Below, piece after piece: positions 1-8,951 of a stretch of DNA of 34,001 nucleotides; within the stretch, counting starts at the first letter, position 1; the number at the start of each line of letters is the position of its first letter. The notes under the pieces were generated by a model that did not search any database, was not told the origin of the DNA, and was given only the letters and a program-made list of their open reading frames with translations. The position numbers and the translations under genes are program-made. Origin of the DNA: Promethearchaeota archaeon (lineage in GTDB: Archaea; Asgardarchaeota; Lokiarchaeia; Sigyniarchaeales; SOKP01); assembly GCA_011364925.1 (NCBI GenBank), contig RDOA01000041.1, forward strand, positions 1 to 34,001, in the 5' to 3' direction.

Positions 1-2102
1 TGAAATTTGATAAGGATGGATCTCCCCTAAATGATACCCCAAACTTAATTAGTCTTCCATTTCCAATTATTTTTAATCCCCCTCCCCATACTTCTAAAAA
101 CAATAGAAACCTCGAAACAGTCATAAAATCAGCACAGTCGTTAGGAACGATTGTTATTGTCCCCCAATCTGATTTTTCGAAGGATTTCCTACCATTTAGT
201 AAATCAATATCATTACGATTGAAAAAGGTGCCAAACCAAGAAGAAAAACAACTATTAAAGTTGTCTAAATTAGTTGAAATTGAGGATTTCAGCTTATTAA
301 GAACCGTGAAGAAGATTAATCCCGACATTTTATGTTCAATTTACCTTCCAATAGAGGAAGGGATTGAGACAAAAATACTTTCACTGGTAAGAAAAGGCAT
401 AGATATTATTCATTTAAATTTCAGTTTTTATGGTATGAGTAAACTAGGAGATATTCCGACCGTATTAAAAAGAATACACGATTTTCTGACTGATAAAAAG
501 TGTCGTAACTCAGCAAGTATCATCGTAAGTGGGGGAATAGCTGCTGCTGAACACGTCGCTAAAGCGATGATTTGTGGGGTGGATTGCGTAGCTATCGATT
601 ACGTTCTGTTAATAGCACTTGGATGTTCCTTATGGGCAGATTTATCTTTTCCGTGCGATGCTGAACACGGAGAGATAGATTTGAACTGGGGTGTGAGCAG
701 AATAAAAAATTTAGTTGCTACTTGGAGAGATCAATTACTTGAAATTCTTGGTGCTATGGGTATTCGAGAAATTAGACGAATAAGAGGAGAAGTAGGGAGG
801 GCGATATTTTATAAGAAAGAAAAAGAAGATTTTAAATCGCTTTTTATTTTAGCTAGTACAGAATCACCTTTAGGTTTCCGTGCTCCCCATGAACAACTTA
901 GCGTTGGAGATTGTCGTTGGCCTCTAGAATTAATTCAAGCCACATTCGAACAAGCACGCACGGGTCTCTTACCAAAAAGCTTAGAATACCGGATTGGTAG
1001 GAGTGCAGGAGGTTTTGACCGTCTTGCTTTCATATTTGAGGAAACCGAAAAAGAACTGAGAGACGATCAATCAATTGACCTATCGATTCCTTTAAATTTA
1101 AGGTCTAATGGTCCTAAAATATCGATTCCTATGCCAATTTATTCCGGAGGAATGTCTTTTGGTTCAATTTCTCTTAATGTAATGCTTGCTCGAGCGATGG
1201 CTGCCCAAGAATTAAAATCGTTTGTTTCTACAGGTGAAGGTGGGTATCCTACCGATTTAATACAATATAGAAAACATGTGATAACGCAAGTAGCAACTGG
1301 TTTATTTGGTGTGAGTGAGGCTTCGATTCAAAGGGCTCCTATTGTTGAGTTTAAATATGCTCAGGGAGCAAAACCCGGTTTAGGGGGACATCTACTGGCA
1401 GGAAAGGTTACAGAAGCTGTAGCTAATGCAAGAGAGTCAGTAGCGAATAGAAGTCTATTCTCTCCATTCCCTTTTCACAGTGTTTATTCAGTTGAAGATC
1501 ATAAAAAACATATAGATTGGATAAGACAAGTGAATCCAGAGGCTTTAGTGATCGTTAAGGTTTCAACTCCTACTGATGTAGACATGGTCGCCGTTGGTAG
1601 TTACTATGCTGGTGCCAATGTATTGAATATTGATGGGTCTTATGGGGGCACGGGTGCTGCTCCTGAAGTAAGTAAAAAAAACATAGCAATGCCCGTAGAG
1701 TATGCCATACCAAAGGTACATAATTTTTTGACAAAAGAAGGGATCAGAGACGATATTGTCTTGATTGCTTCTGGAGGAATACGTTCTGGTTATGATATTG
1801 CAAAAGCAATTGCATTAGGAGCGGATGGTGCGATGGTTGGTACAGCCGATTTAATAGCGTTAGGATGCGAACGATTAGGAGTATGTGAAAAGGGAGATGG
1901 GTGCCCAGCAGGTTTAACAACCACAGATCCAAAATTTGCTTCGCTAATAGATCCTCAATGGGGGAAAAGCCGTATAGTAAATCTACGAAAAGCGTGGGCT
2001 ATTCAATTACGCCAAATTTTAAACACATTAGGAATGAAAAGTATAAGAGAATTGAGAGGTAAAGCGGATACATTGTTATATTTAAATAAAGAGGTGCCAT
2101 AA
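1..2102 (+). CDS. Glutamate synthase-related protein with two tandem FMN-binding (GltB2-like) domains; 5'-truncated by the window edge
   Basis: The frame is open from position 3 (KFDKDGSP...), so the TTG at 219 is not the real start. The C-terminal domain has GGMSFGS, STGEGG, QVATGLFGV, KYAQGAKPGLGGHL, DGSYGGTGAAP, ASGGIRSGYDIAKAIALGAD and a [3Fe-4S]-type GCERLGVCEKGDGCPAG. An earlier degenerate copy has VSGGIAAAEHVAKAMICGVD and LGAMGIREIRRIRGE. Confidence 0.9.
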   Translation, partial: KFDKDGSPLNDTPNLISLPFPIIFNPPPHTSKNNRNLETVIKSAQSLGTIVIVPQSDFSKDFLPFSKSISLRLKKVPNQEEKQLLKLSKLVEIEDFSLLRTVKKINPDILCSIYLPIEEGIETKILSLVRKGIDIIHLNFSFYGMSKLGDIPTVLKRIHDFLTDKKCRNSASIIVSGGIAAAEHVAKAMICGVDCVAIDYVLLIALGCSLWADLSFPCDAEHGEIDLNWGVSRIKNLVATWRDQLLEILGAMGIREIRRIRGEVGRAIFYKKEKEDFKSLFILASTESPLGFRAPHEQLSVGDCRWPLELIQATFEQARTGLLPKSLEYRIGRSAGGFDRLAFIFEETEKELRDDQSIDLSIPLNLRSNGPKISIPMPIYSGGMSFGSISLNVMLARAMAAQELKSFVSTGEGGYPTDLIQYRKHVITQVATGLFGVSEASIQRAPIVEFKYAQGAKPGLGGHLLAGKVTEAVANARESVANRSLFSPFPFHSVYSVEDHKKHIDWIRQVNPEALVIVKVSTPTDVDMVAVGSYYAGANVLNIDGSYGGTGAAPEVSKKNIAMPVEYAIPKVHNFLTKEGIRDDIVLIASGGIRSGYDIAKAIALGADGAMVGTADLIALGCERLGVCEKGDGCPAGLTTTDPKFASLIDPQWGKSRIVNLRKAWAIQLRQILNTLGMKSIRELRGKADTLLYLNKEVP
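2091..2096 (+). promoter_or_regulatory. Shine-Dalgarno-like GAGGTG before a TAATG stop/start overlap
   Basis: GAGGTG lies 5 nt upstream of the ATG at 2102, and the upstream TAA shares its last A with that ATG. Confidence 0.6.
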
Positions 2103-4537
2103 TGAAGATTTTTAAGAAGGAAATCGAAGGTGGCTGTGGAGTTGTTGGTTTTTGCTCAAATGAAAAAATTACTGGGAAACATTTATTACCTCCGTGTTTT
2201 CAAATGCATAATAGGGGAAATGGAAAAGGAGGAGGTATAATTGCTATGGGATTAGAAGCTACACAACTTGATGTGTCAGAAGAAGTCCTAAATTCACATT
2301 ATTTGATCCAAATTGCCTATCTCGAACCCAAAGTTCGCAAAGAACTAGAAACTCAACATATTTACAAAAATTTTGATGTTCACTTGTTCTATAAAATAAA
2401 AATTAATGAAGATACATCAAAAATGTTTGAGATAACTCCACCTCAAGTATATAGATATTTCTGCCGAGTAAAAAAAACAGTTCTGAAGCAATTTATGAAT
2501 GATAACAGATTTTCAAATGAAGGAAAAGCTGAAGACGAATTTGTGTTTCAGAATAGTTACCGGATAAACAAGAAATTTTATAACGAAAATAAAGCTCAAG
2601 AAGCTTTTGTGTTATGTCATGGAAAAAATATGGTTGTGTTTAAAATAGTAGGGTATGCCGAAGAAGCTATCGAGTATTACAACTTAATGGAATTAAAGGC
2701 TCATATCTGGGTTGGGCACCAAAGATATCCCACTAGAGGGAGAGTATGGCATCCTGGAGGAGCTCATCCTTTTATAGGGCTAAAAGAGGCTTTAGTACAT
2801 AATGGAGATTTTGCAAATTATCACTCTATTTGTGAGTATCTCCTTCAAAATGGAAGGGAACCTTTATTTTCTACAGATACAGAAGTTGCTGTGTTATTAT
2901 TTGATCTCTGGACTCGAACATATAATTATCCATTAGAGTATGCTATCGAGGCTTTAGCGCCTACAACTGAAAGAGATTTCACAATGCTTCCCGTTGAAAA
3001 AAAGAACATTTATAAACAAATTCAGAGCTATCATATAGACAATTCTCCTGATGGTCCTTGGTTTTTTATAGTTGCTAGAAATGATGATTTAGAAGGTCAA
3101 CTCCAATTATTGGGCATAACTGACACTTCTATGTTAAGACCTCAAGTTTTTGCACTACAAGAAAACGATGAGGTAAAGATTGGTATAATAGCTTCTGAAA
3201 AACAGGCAATAGATTCGATTCTTTTAAGTATTTCTGAAGAAGATGACAGATTCTGTCCTATAGCTGATTTATATTGGAATGCTCGTGGTGGTAGTTATAC
3301 AGATGGAGGCGCCTTCCTTTTTTCATTGAAAAATAATATTTTATGTTGTACAGATAAATTTGGTAATGAAATAACAATTCCAAAAAAATTACAAAATAAA
3401 ACAAAAAGACTGAAGTCTTATCAGTTTAATCCAGATTTTAATAAATTTGTTAAGGAAATTCCTTCTATGGATTATGCTGATATATTAGGGTTTTTAAAAT
3501 CTGCTGAAGATCATGCAGAGAATGGTGATTTGCAATATCAAGAATCGATTACCTTACTTACTAAGTTAATTGATAGACATTATTCAGTTGGAGATAAAAA
3601 GCGAAGTAATTTATTAGCACTATATCAGAAGTCGTTATATGCGATATTTCGTAAAAAACTAGTTGGGTTAAAAAAATATAAGCATCTGAATTTTCAATCC
3701 TCAAGCATACCTGTTGCTGATGCAAGAGATCAATTTTTAATAATTGATGCTAGAGATTTTCCTTCAGAAGGTCCTAATAGCATAGCTTCAAGGATGGTTG
3801 AGGCTTTTTCTTACGGATGGATGAACATCATTGTATTTGATCTCAGAGGTCAGAGGTTTTGTGCTTGTGGTTTCGGAAATCATTCAAATTCTATTAGAAT
3901 TGAATTATATGGTTCTCCAGGTGATTATGTAGGCTCTGGTATTACTAATACCGAAATTTATGTGCATGCTAATGGGCAGGATCAATGGGGCCAGATAATG
4001 AAGTCAGGAAAACTTGTTATTCATGGTGATGTTGGACAAACATTTCTTTATGGAGCTAAAGGTGGTACTTGTTATGTTAGAGGAAACACGGCGGGAAGAG
4101 CTTTAATAAATGCAGTAGGGAATCCTCGCGTAATTATTAATGGAAGTTGTCTGGATTATTTAGCCGAATCATTTATGGCCGGTGATGTTTTTCATGATGG
4201 TGGTTTTGCTTTACTAAATGGAATATTTGCTAATAGTGATGGGAATATAGAAGAATATCCCGAACCTTATCCAGGAGGTAATTTATTTTCCTTGGCATCA
4301 GGAGGAGCAATATATATTCGGGACCCTCATCATAAAACTTCAAAAAATCAATTGAATGGTGGGAGTTTTGTTAATCTTACAAAAAAGGACTGGGATATCA
4401 TTAAACCATATTTACAGGAAAACGAAAGACTGTTTGGAATTAAAATCAATGATTTATTGACAGTTAACAATCAAATTAGACCACCAGAGGAAGTATATCG
4501 AAAAATTATTGTAGGAAGTACGGAGGTTTTGCATTGA
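2102..4537 (+). CDS. Glutamate synthase subunit: class II (Ntn) glutamine amidotransferase fused to a GXGXG (GltB3/FwdC-like) beta-helix domain
   Basis: N-terminal EGG-CGVVG (Ntn nucleophile after a short propeptide), HNRGNG, GHQRYPT, GAHPF, HNGDFAN and TDTEV. The C-terminal region has GSPGDYVGSG, HGDVGQTFLYGAKGG and YLAESFMAG. Confidence 0.9.
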   Translation: MKIFKKEIEGGCGVVGFCSNEKITGKHLLPPCFQMHNRGNGKGGGIIAMGLEATQLDVSEEVLNSHYLIQIAYLEPKVRKELETQHIYKNFDVHLFYKIKINEDTSKMFEITPPQVYRYFCRVKKTVLKQFMNDNRFSNEGKAEDEFVFQNSYRINKKFYNENKAQEAFVLCHGKNMVVFKIVGYAEEAIEYYNLMELKAHIWVGHQRYPTRGRVWHPGGAHPFIGLKEALVHNGDFANYHSICEYLLQNGREPLFSTDTEVAVLLFDLWTRTYNYPLEYAIEALAPTTERDFTMLPVEKKNIYKQIQSYHIDNSPDGPWFFIVARNDDLEGQLQLLGITDTSMLRPQVFALQENDEVKIGIIASEKQAIDSILLSISEEDDRFCPIADLYWNARGGSYTDGGAFLFSLKNNILCCTDKFGNEITIPKKLQNKTKRLKSYQFNPDFNKFVKEIPSMDYADILGFLKSAEDHAENGDLQYQESITLLTKLIDRHYSVGDKKRSNLLALYQKSLYAIFRKKLVGLKKYKHLNFQSSSIPVADARDQFLIIDARDFPSEGPNSIASRMVEAFSYGWMNIIVFDLRGQRFCACGFGNHSNSIRIELYGSPGDYVGSGITNTEIYVHANGQDQWGQIMKSGKLVIHGDVGQTFLYGAKGGTCYVRGNTAGRALINAVGNPRVIINGSCLDYLAESFMAGDVFHDGGFALLNGIFANSDGNIEEYPEPYPGGNLFSLASGGAIYIRDPHHKTSKNQLNGGSFVNLTKKDWDIIKPYLQENERLFGIKINDLLTVNNQIRPPEEVYRKIIVGSTEVLH

Positions 4538-5337
4538 ATATTATTGTTTGTTTAAAACAAGTACCAGATGCAGATGAAGTGAAAACAGATCCAGAGACAG
4601 GTCGAATTGTTCGTGAAGGTATTAAAGGGACAGTTAATCCTTTTGACATGTTTATTCTTGAAGAAGCTTTACGGTTAAAAGAACAATTTGGTGGAAAAAT
4701 TACATTACTCAGTATGGGACCTAAAGACGCGATACATACCCTATATTACGGTTTAGCTGTAGGGGCTGATGAGGGTTATTTACTTTCAGATAGTAAATTT
4801 GCGGGATCGGACACATTGGCTACATCTTACGCCTTGTCATGCGCTATAAAGACACTTGGCCTTTATGATTTAATAATGTGTGGTATTAAAACAACAGATG
4901 GTGATACTGGACAAGTAGGAGCAAATTTAGCCGAACTTCTTGATATTCCAAGCGTTTATTATGTTAATAGAATACTAAGTTATCAAAATGATTTTATAAA
5001 AGTGGAAAGGTTTTTAGAAGATAGATCCCAAATTTTAGAGGTGCATCTTCCTTGTCTCATTTCAATAATAAAAGGAGCAAATGTACCTAGAATGCCTACT
5101 TTGGAAGGAAAAATTGAAGCTGAAGGAAAGCAATTAAAAATACTTAATGCTTTCGAAGTGAACGCGATAGAAAAGTATTGTGGTATCGAAGGTTCTCCAA
5201 CTAGAGTAATAGAAATATTTCTTCCTGAAAAAAGGAAAAAGGGTGTAATTTTAAAGGGGTGTCGAGAACAAAATATCACTAAATTAATCCAATTTTTAAA
5301 AAATAAGAAAATATCAATCTTTGGGATGTGTTCTTAA
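4534..5337 (+). CDS. etfB: Electron transfer flavoprotein beta subunit
   Basis: MNIIVCLKQVPD, NPFD..LEEAL, SMGP, FAGSDTLATS, DGDTGQVG, GSPTRV. TTG start overlaps the upstream TGA (TTGA). Confidence 0.95.
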   Translation: MNIIVCLKQVPDADEVKTDPETGRIVREGIKGTVNPFDMFILEEALRLKEQFGGKITLLSMGPKDAIHTLYYGLAVGADEGYLLSDSKFAGSDTLATSYALSCAIKTLGLYDLIMCGIKTTDGDTGQVGANLAELLDIPSVYYVNRILSYQNDFIKVERFLEDRSQILEVHLPCLISIIKGANVPRMPTLEGKIEAEGKQLKILNAFEVNAIEKYCGIEGSPTRVIEIFLPEKRKKGVILKGCREQNITKLIQFLKNKKISIFGMCS

Positions 5338-5359
5338 AAGTTAATAGGGGCGTTAATAA

Positions 5360-6535
5360 TTGATTACTATTGATAGAGAAAAGTGCATTGGTTGCGGTGA
5401 ATGTGTGGATGTATGTGTATTTGGATCTATTTCTATGAAAGATAATCATCCCATAATCTCAGATGATTGTCGGTTATGCGGATCTTGTGCTAAAGTGTGC
5501 CAATATAATGCAATAGAAATTAAACGAGAGAAGAAAAAGAAAGTTACAGATTGGCGCGGTATTCTTATTTTTGGTGAACAGCGTGATGGGGTAATTTTAG
5601 AAGTGGTTTATGAGCTTTTAGGAAAGGGGAGAAAATTAGCAGATTCTATCAACGAGCCACTTTTATGTGTTATTCTAGGAAAATTTGTAGCAGAAATTAA
5701 TAAACTAGCATTATATGGAGCAGATGAGATACATTACTTCGAAGATGTAAAACTTGAATCGTTTAATTGTGAGATCTATTCAAATATCATTTCAAATTTT
5801 ATTAAAAAGATAAAGCCAAGCATTTTTTTAATAGGAGCGACCTCTATAGGACGCGAACTAGGACCTAGGGTTGCTGCAAAGCTTAAAACAGGACTAACTG
5901 CCGACTGCACTGGTTTAGAAGTAAATAAAGAGGGTTTGTTAGTTCAAACTAGGCCTGCATTTGGTGGAAATATCATGGCATCTATAATATGCCCAAATTC
6001 GCGACCACAAATGGCTACTGTACGCCCAAAAGTAATGAAGAAATTAGAAGCAAAAGAAAGAGAAGGAAAACTATTCAATCACGTAGTAAATTCAGAGTTA
6101 ATTGACTCAAGCATAAAAATATTAGGGGAAATCAAATTTAATGGCCAATGTGATATAAATAATGCTGAAATTATCGTTTCAGGAGGTTTGGGTGTAGGTA
6201 AGAAAGAAGGATTTGATTTATTAGAAAAACTCGCTCTCGAGCTAAATGGAGTAATAGCAGCAAGTAGACCAGCGGTTGATGCGGGATGGGCAGATCCTAA
6301 TATCCAAGTTGGTATGTCTGGAAAAGTTGTGCAACCGCATTTATATGTTGCCTGTGGAATATCCGGAGCTGTACAACACCGTGTTGGTATGGAAACATCT
6401 GATGTCATTGTTGCTATCAATAAAGATGAGCGCGCTCCAATATTTGATATTGCTGATTTTGGAATTGTAGCTGATTTATATGATTTTATTCCAAAATTTA
6501 TCCAAAATTTGAAAAACTCAAAAGCTCAAATATAA
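5360..6535 (+). CDS. etfA: Electron transfer flavoprotein alpha subunit with N-terminal 2x[4Fe-4S] ferredoxin domain
   Basis: CIGCGECVDVC and CRLCGSCAKVC, followed by GLTADC, TRPAFGGN, RPQMATVRP, SRPAVDAGW, QVGMSGK and GISGAVQH. Confidence 0.95.
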   Translation: MITIDREKCIGCGECVDVCVFGSISMKDNHPIISDDCRLCGSCAKVCQYNAIEIKREKKKKVTDWRGILIFGEQRDGVILEVVYELLGKGRKLADSINEPLLCVILGKFVAEINKLALYGADEIHYFEDVKLESFNCEIYSNIISNFIKKIKPSIFLIGATSIGRELGPRVAAKLKTGLTADCTGLEVNKEGLLVQTRPAFGGNIMASIICPNSRPQMATVRPKVMKKLEAKEREGKLFNHVVNSELIDSSIKILGEIKFNGQCDINNAEIIVSGGLGVGKKEGFDLLEKLALELNGVIAASRPAVDAGWADPNIQVGMSGKVVQPHLYVACGISGAVQHRVGMETSDVIVAINKDERAPIFDIADFGIVADLYDFIPKFIQNLKNSKAQI

Positions 6536-6616
6536 CGTGATAATTTTAATAACTGAGTTAAATAATGTGTTTGTTACAAAGTTAACTAATAAAAGTAAAA
6601 TAAAATTGATCAATAG

Positions 6617-8266
6617 ATGCATAATTCGGATCTTAAGCTAATAATCGCTCAAATTAATCCTATTGTAGGGGATATTGACTATAACACAGCAAAGATTACT
6701 GAGATTATAAAAAGTCACGAAAATTGCGACATTTTTATTTTTCCTGAAATGTCTTTAGTGGGTTATCCTATTATGGATCATATCCATGATCCTCTTATTC
6801 AGAGAAAAAATAATGAAGCAATTGAAGAAATTAAGGCATTAAACACTACTGCAACAGTTATTCTTGGTTCATTTACCAAACCTGAAAAGTTAAAAGAAAA
6901 AGTCCAACCTTTCTATAATTCAGCGATTATCATTGAAAACAACAAAATAAAAGCTTATGTGAACAAGCGATTATTACCGAACTATGATGTCTTTGACGAG
7001 AGAAGATATTTCTCTTTTGATAATGACTATGAGCCTATTAAAATACATAATTATAAAATTGGAATACTTATATGCGAAGATATATGGGATGAACATTATG
7101 ATACTAATGTAGCAAAGAACTTAGTAGATAATGGTGCTGAACTATTGATTGTTATAAATGCATCGCCGTTTCACATAAATAAATTTCAGATTAGAAGTGA
7201 TTTAATTACAAGAAAATCTAAGAACCTCCATGTTCCTATTGTATACGTTAATATGGTTGGTGGATTAGATGAAATAGTATACGATGGCCAGAGTTTTATT
7301 TCAAATAAATTTGGCCAAATAATTTTTAGAGCAAAAGCTTTTGAAGAGGATATTTCTACTTTTGTGCTTAATATGCAGGGACAAAGCAAAACTCAAGAAC
7401 AATTTAAAGAAGCTGATTGGAGAGAAGATGTAATTAAGGCATTGAAATTAAACTTGTATGACTACTACCATAAGAGTAATATCTTTAATGGCGTTGTATT
7501 AGGTTTGAGTGGGGGAGTAGATTCAGCGTTTACCGCATACATTTGTGCTCAGTCCCTTGGTTCTGACAAGGTGAATGCAATAATGATGCCAACGCGATTT
7601 ACATCAGAAGAAAGCATCGATCTTGCCCGAAAGCTGTGTAACAACTTAGAAATTAAATACAAAATCCATCCAATAGATGAGATTTTTGATCAATTTGAAA
7701 GTAATATAAATGATAATCTAGGGAAACAGCCTTTTGATATCGCTGACGAGAATCTTCAAGCTCGAATAAGAGCAAATATATTGATGTATTATTCAAATAA
7801 GTTTAATTGGTTATTAGTGTCAACAGGGAATAAATCTGAGATCGCAGTAGGTTTCTGTACGTTATACGGTGATACATGCGGTGGAAAGAACGTTCCGGGA
7901 GACCTCTTAAAGGTTCAGATTTACGATATTTGCAATTGGATCAACAAGGAAAAAGAGATAATCCCAAATGGTATTATTGAAAGACCTCCTACAGCAGAAT
8001 TAAGAGAAAATCAAAAAGATAGTGATTCTATACCTCCTTACGATGTCCTTGATGTTATATTAAACGAGATATTTGAACATGGGATTGGTTCTGAATATCA
8101 GAATTTACATGACTTAGGTTATGACAGTAATACAATTGAAAAGGTAAGAAGCCTTTATTTGAACTCCGAATATAAACGAAGGCAATTGGTGCAAACCATT
8201 AAAGTAAGTAAAAGTGCCTTTGGAATTGGAAGAAGATATCCAGTTTTAAAGAAGTTAAAATTCTAA
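6617..8266 (+). CDS. nadE: Glutamine-dependent NAD+ synthetase
   Basis: Nitrilase-type glutaminase domain (FPE, KRLLPNYDVFDERRYF, ICEDIW) plus synthetase domain (LGLSGGVDS, ENLQARIR, STGNKSE, TLYGD, PPTAELR). Confidence 0.96.
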   Translation: MHNSDLKLIIAQINPIVGDIDYNTAKITEIIKSHENCDIFIFPEMSLVGYPIMDHIHDPLIQRKNNEAIEEIKALNTTATVILGSFTKPEKLKEKVQPFYNSAIIIENNKIKAYVNKRLLPNYDVFDERRYFSFDNDYEPIKIHNYKIGILICEDIWDEHYDTNVAKNLVDNGAELLIVINASPFHINKFQIRSDLITRKSKNLHVPIVYVNMVGGLDEIVYDGQSFISNKFGQIIFRAKAFEEDISTFVLNMQGQSKTQEQFKEADWREDVIKALKLNLYDYYHKSNIFNGVVLGLSGGVDSAFTAYICAQSLGSDKVNAIMMPTRFTSEESIDLARKLCNNLEIKYKIHPIDEIFDQFESNINDNLGKQPFDIADENLQARIRANILMYYSNKFNWLLVSTGNKSEIAVGFCTLYGDTCGGKNVPGDLLKVQIYDICNWINKEKEIIPNGIIERPPTAELRENQKDSDSIPPYDVLDVILNEIFEHGIGSEYQNLHDLGYDSNTIEKVRSLYLNSEYKRRQLVQTIKVSKSAFGIGRRYPVLKKLKF

Positions 8267-8482
8267 ATTAACAAAATATCCTACGATTTTTTCGTTTATC
8301 CTATTTATAATTTAATAATAAGTCAAGCTGAATTCTATCGTCGCTCATAGTTAGAATAAAAAAAAATCTCTGATCTAAGGGCTCAGCACCACTCTTATCG
8401 CTTTTCTTCTCTTACATCGCAATTTTGCCGATCGAATGATCTTATTAACCGAAACATATCCTATCGAAAAAATTGGGCAACT

Positions 8483-8576
8483 TTTAAATATTTGAAAGAA
8501 GATATATAATATAATAAAGTTCAAAGTAAGTCGTGGGAACTTTATTAAAAAATTTGTAAAAATTAAAAGTGGAGGA
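8483..8576 (+). promoter_or_regulatory. Putative histone promoter and leader: TATA box, 11-bp hairpin, SD
   Basis: TTTAAATA at 8483-8490; inverted repeat TAATAAAGTTC (8512-8522) / GAACTTTATTA (8537-8547); GGAGGA at 8571-8576. Confidence 0.55.
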
Positions 8577-8584
8577 ATAGAACG

Positions 8585-8797
8585 ATGGCTAAGAAAGTAT
8601 TTGCCTGGTCGCCCGTCAGAAAGTTAATGAAAGATAATGGCGCTGAAATGGTGGCTCGTGAAGCTGTTGACGCCTTAATCGACTATCTTGAAAAAGTCGC
8701 TAAAGGGGTAACGAATAAAGCTTTAGAAATGACTCGCCATGCTGGCAGGAAGAAATTAACTGATGACGATATGAGCTTGGCAATGAAATTGATGTAA
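8585..8797 (+). CDS. Archaeal histone (single histone fold, no tail)
   Basis: 70 aa with HMf-like pattern: SPVRKLMK, GAEMVAREA, alpha2 helix, HAGRKKLTDDD; strong SD. Confidence 0.93.
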   Translation: MAKKVFAWSPVRKLMKDNGAEMVAREAVDALIDYLEKVAKGVTNKALEMTRHAGRKKLTDDDMSLAMKLM

Positions 8798-8822
8798 TTT
8801 GGATTTATTTTAAAACTTCAAC

Positions 8823-8837
8823 TTTTTATTTTTTTTT
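8823..8837 (+). terminator. Oligo-T archaeal terminator after the histone gene
   Basis: TTTTTATTTTTTTTT about 25 nt after the stop. Confidence 0.6.
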
Positions 8838-8951
8838 ACTATTTCTGTAAAATTCTAAATGAATTCAGTAAAAAACTTACCTCGAACTATCTCGAACTCT
8901 GCAATCATTAAATTAATAATGTATGGAATCTGGTTTATGTTATACAAGTGA

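Noticed and set aside
219-221. TTG start given by the ORF track for the first CDS
   Set aside because: The frame is open back to the window start, so the gene begins upstream.
8881-8898. CTCGAACT direct repeat upstream of the MFS gene
   Set aside because: Only two 8-bp copies; too short to support a call.
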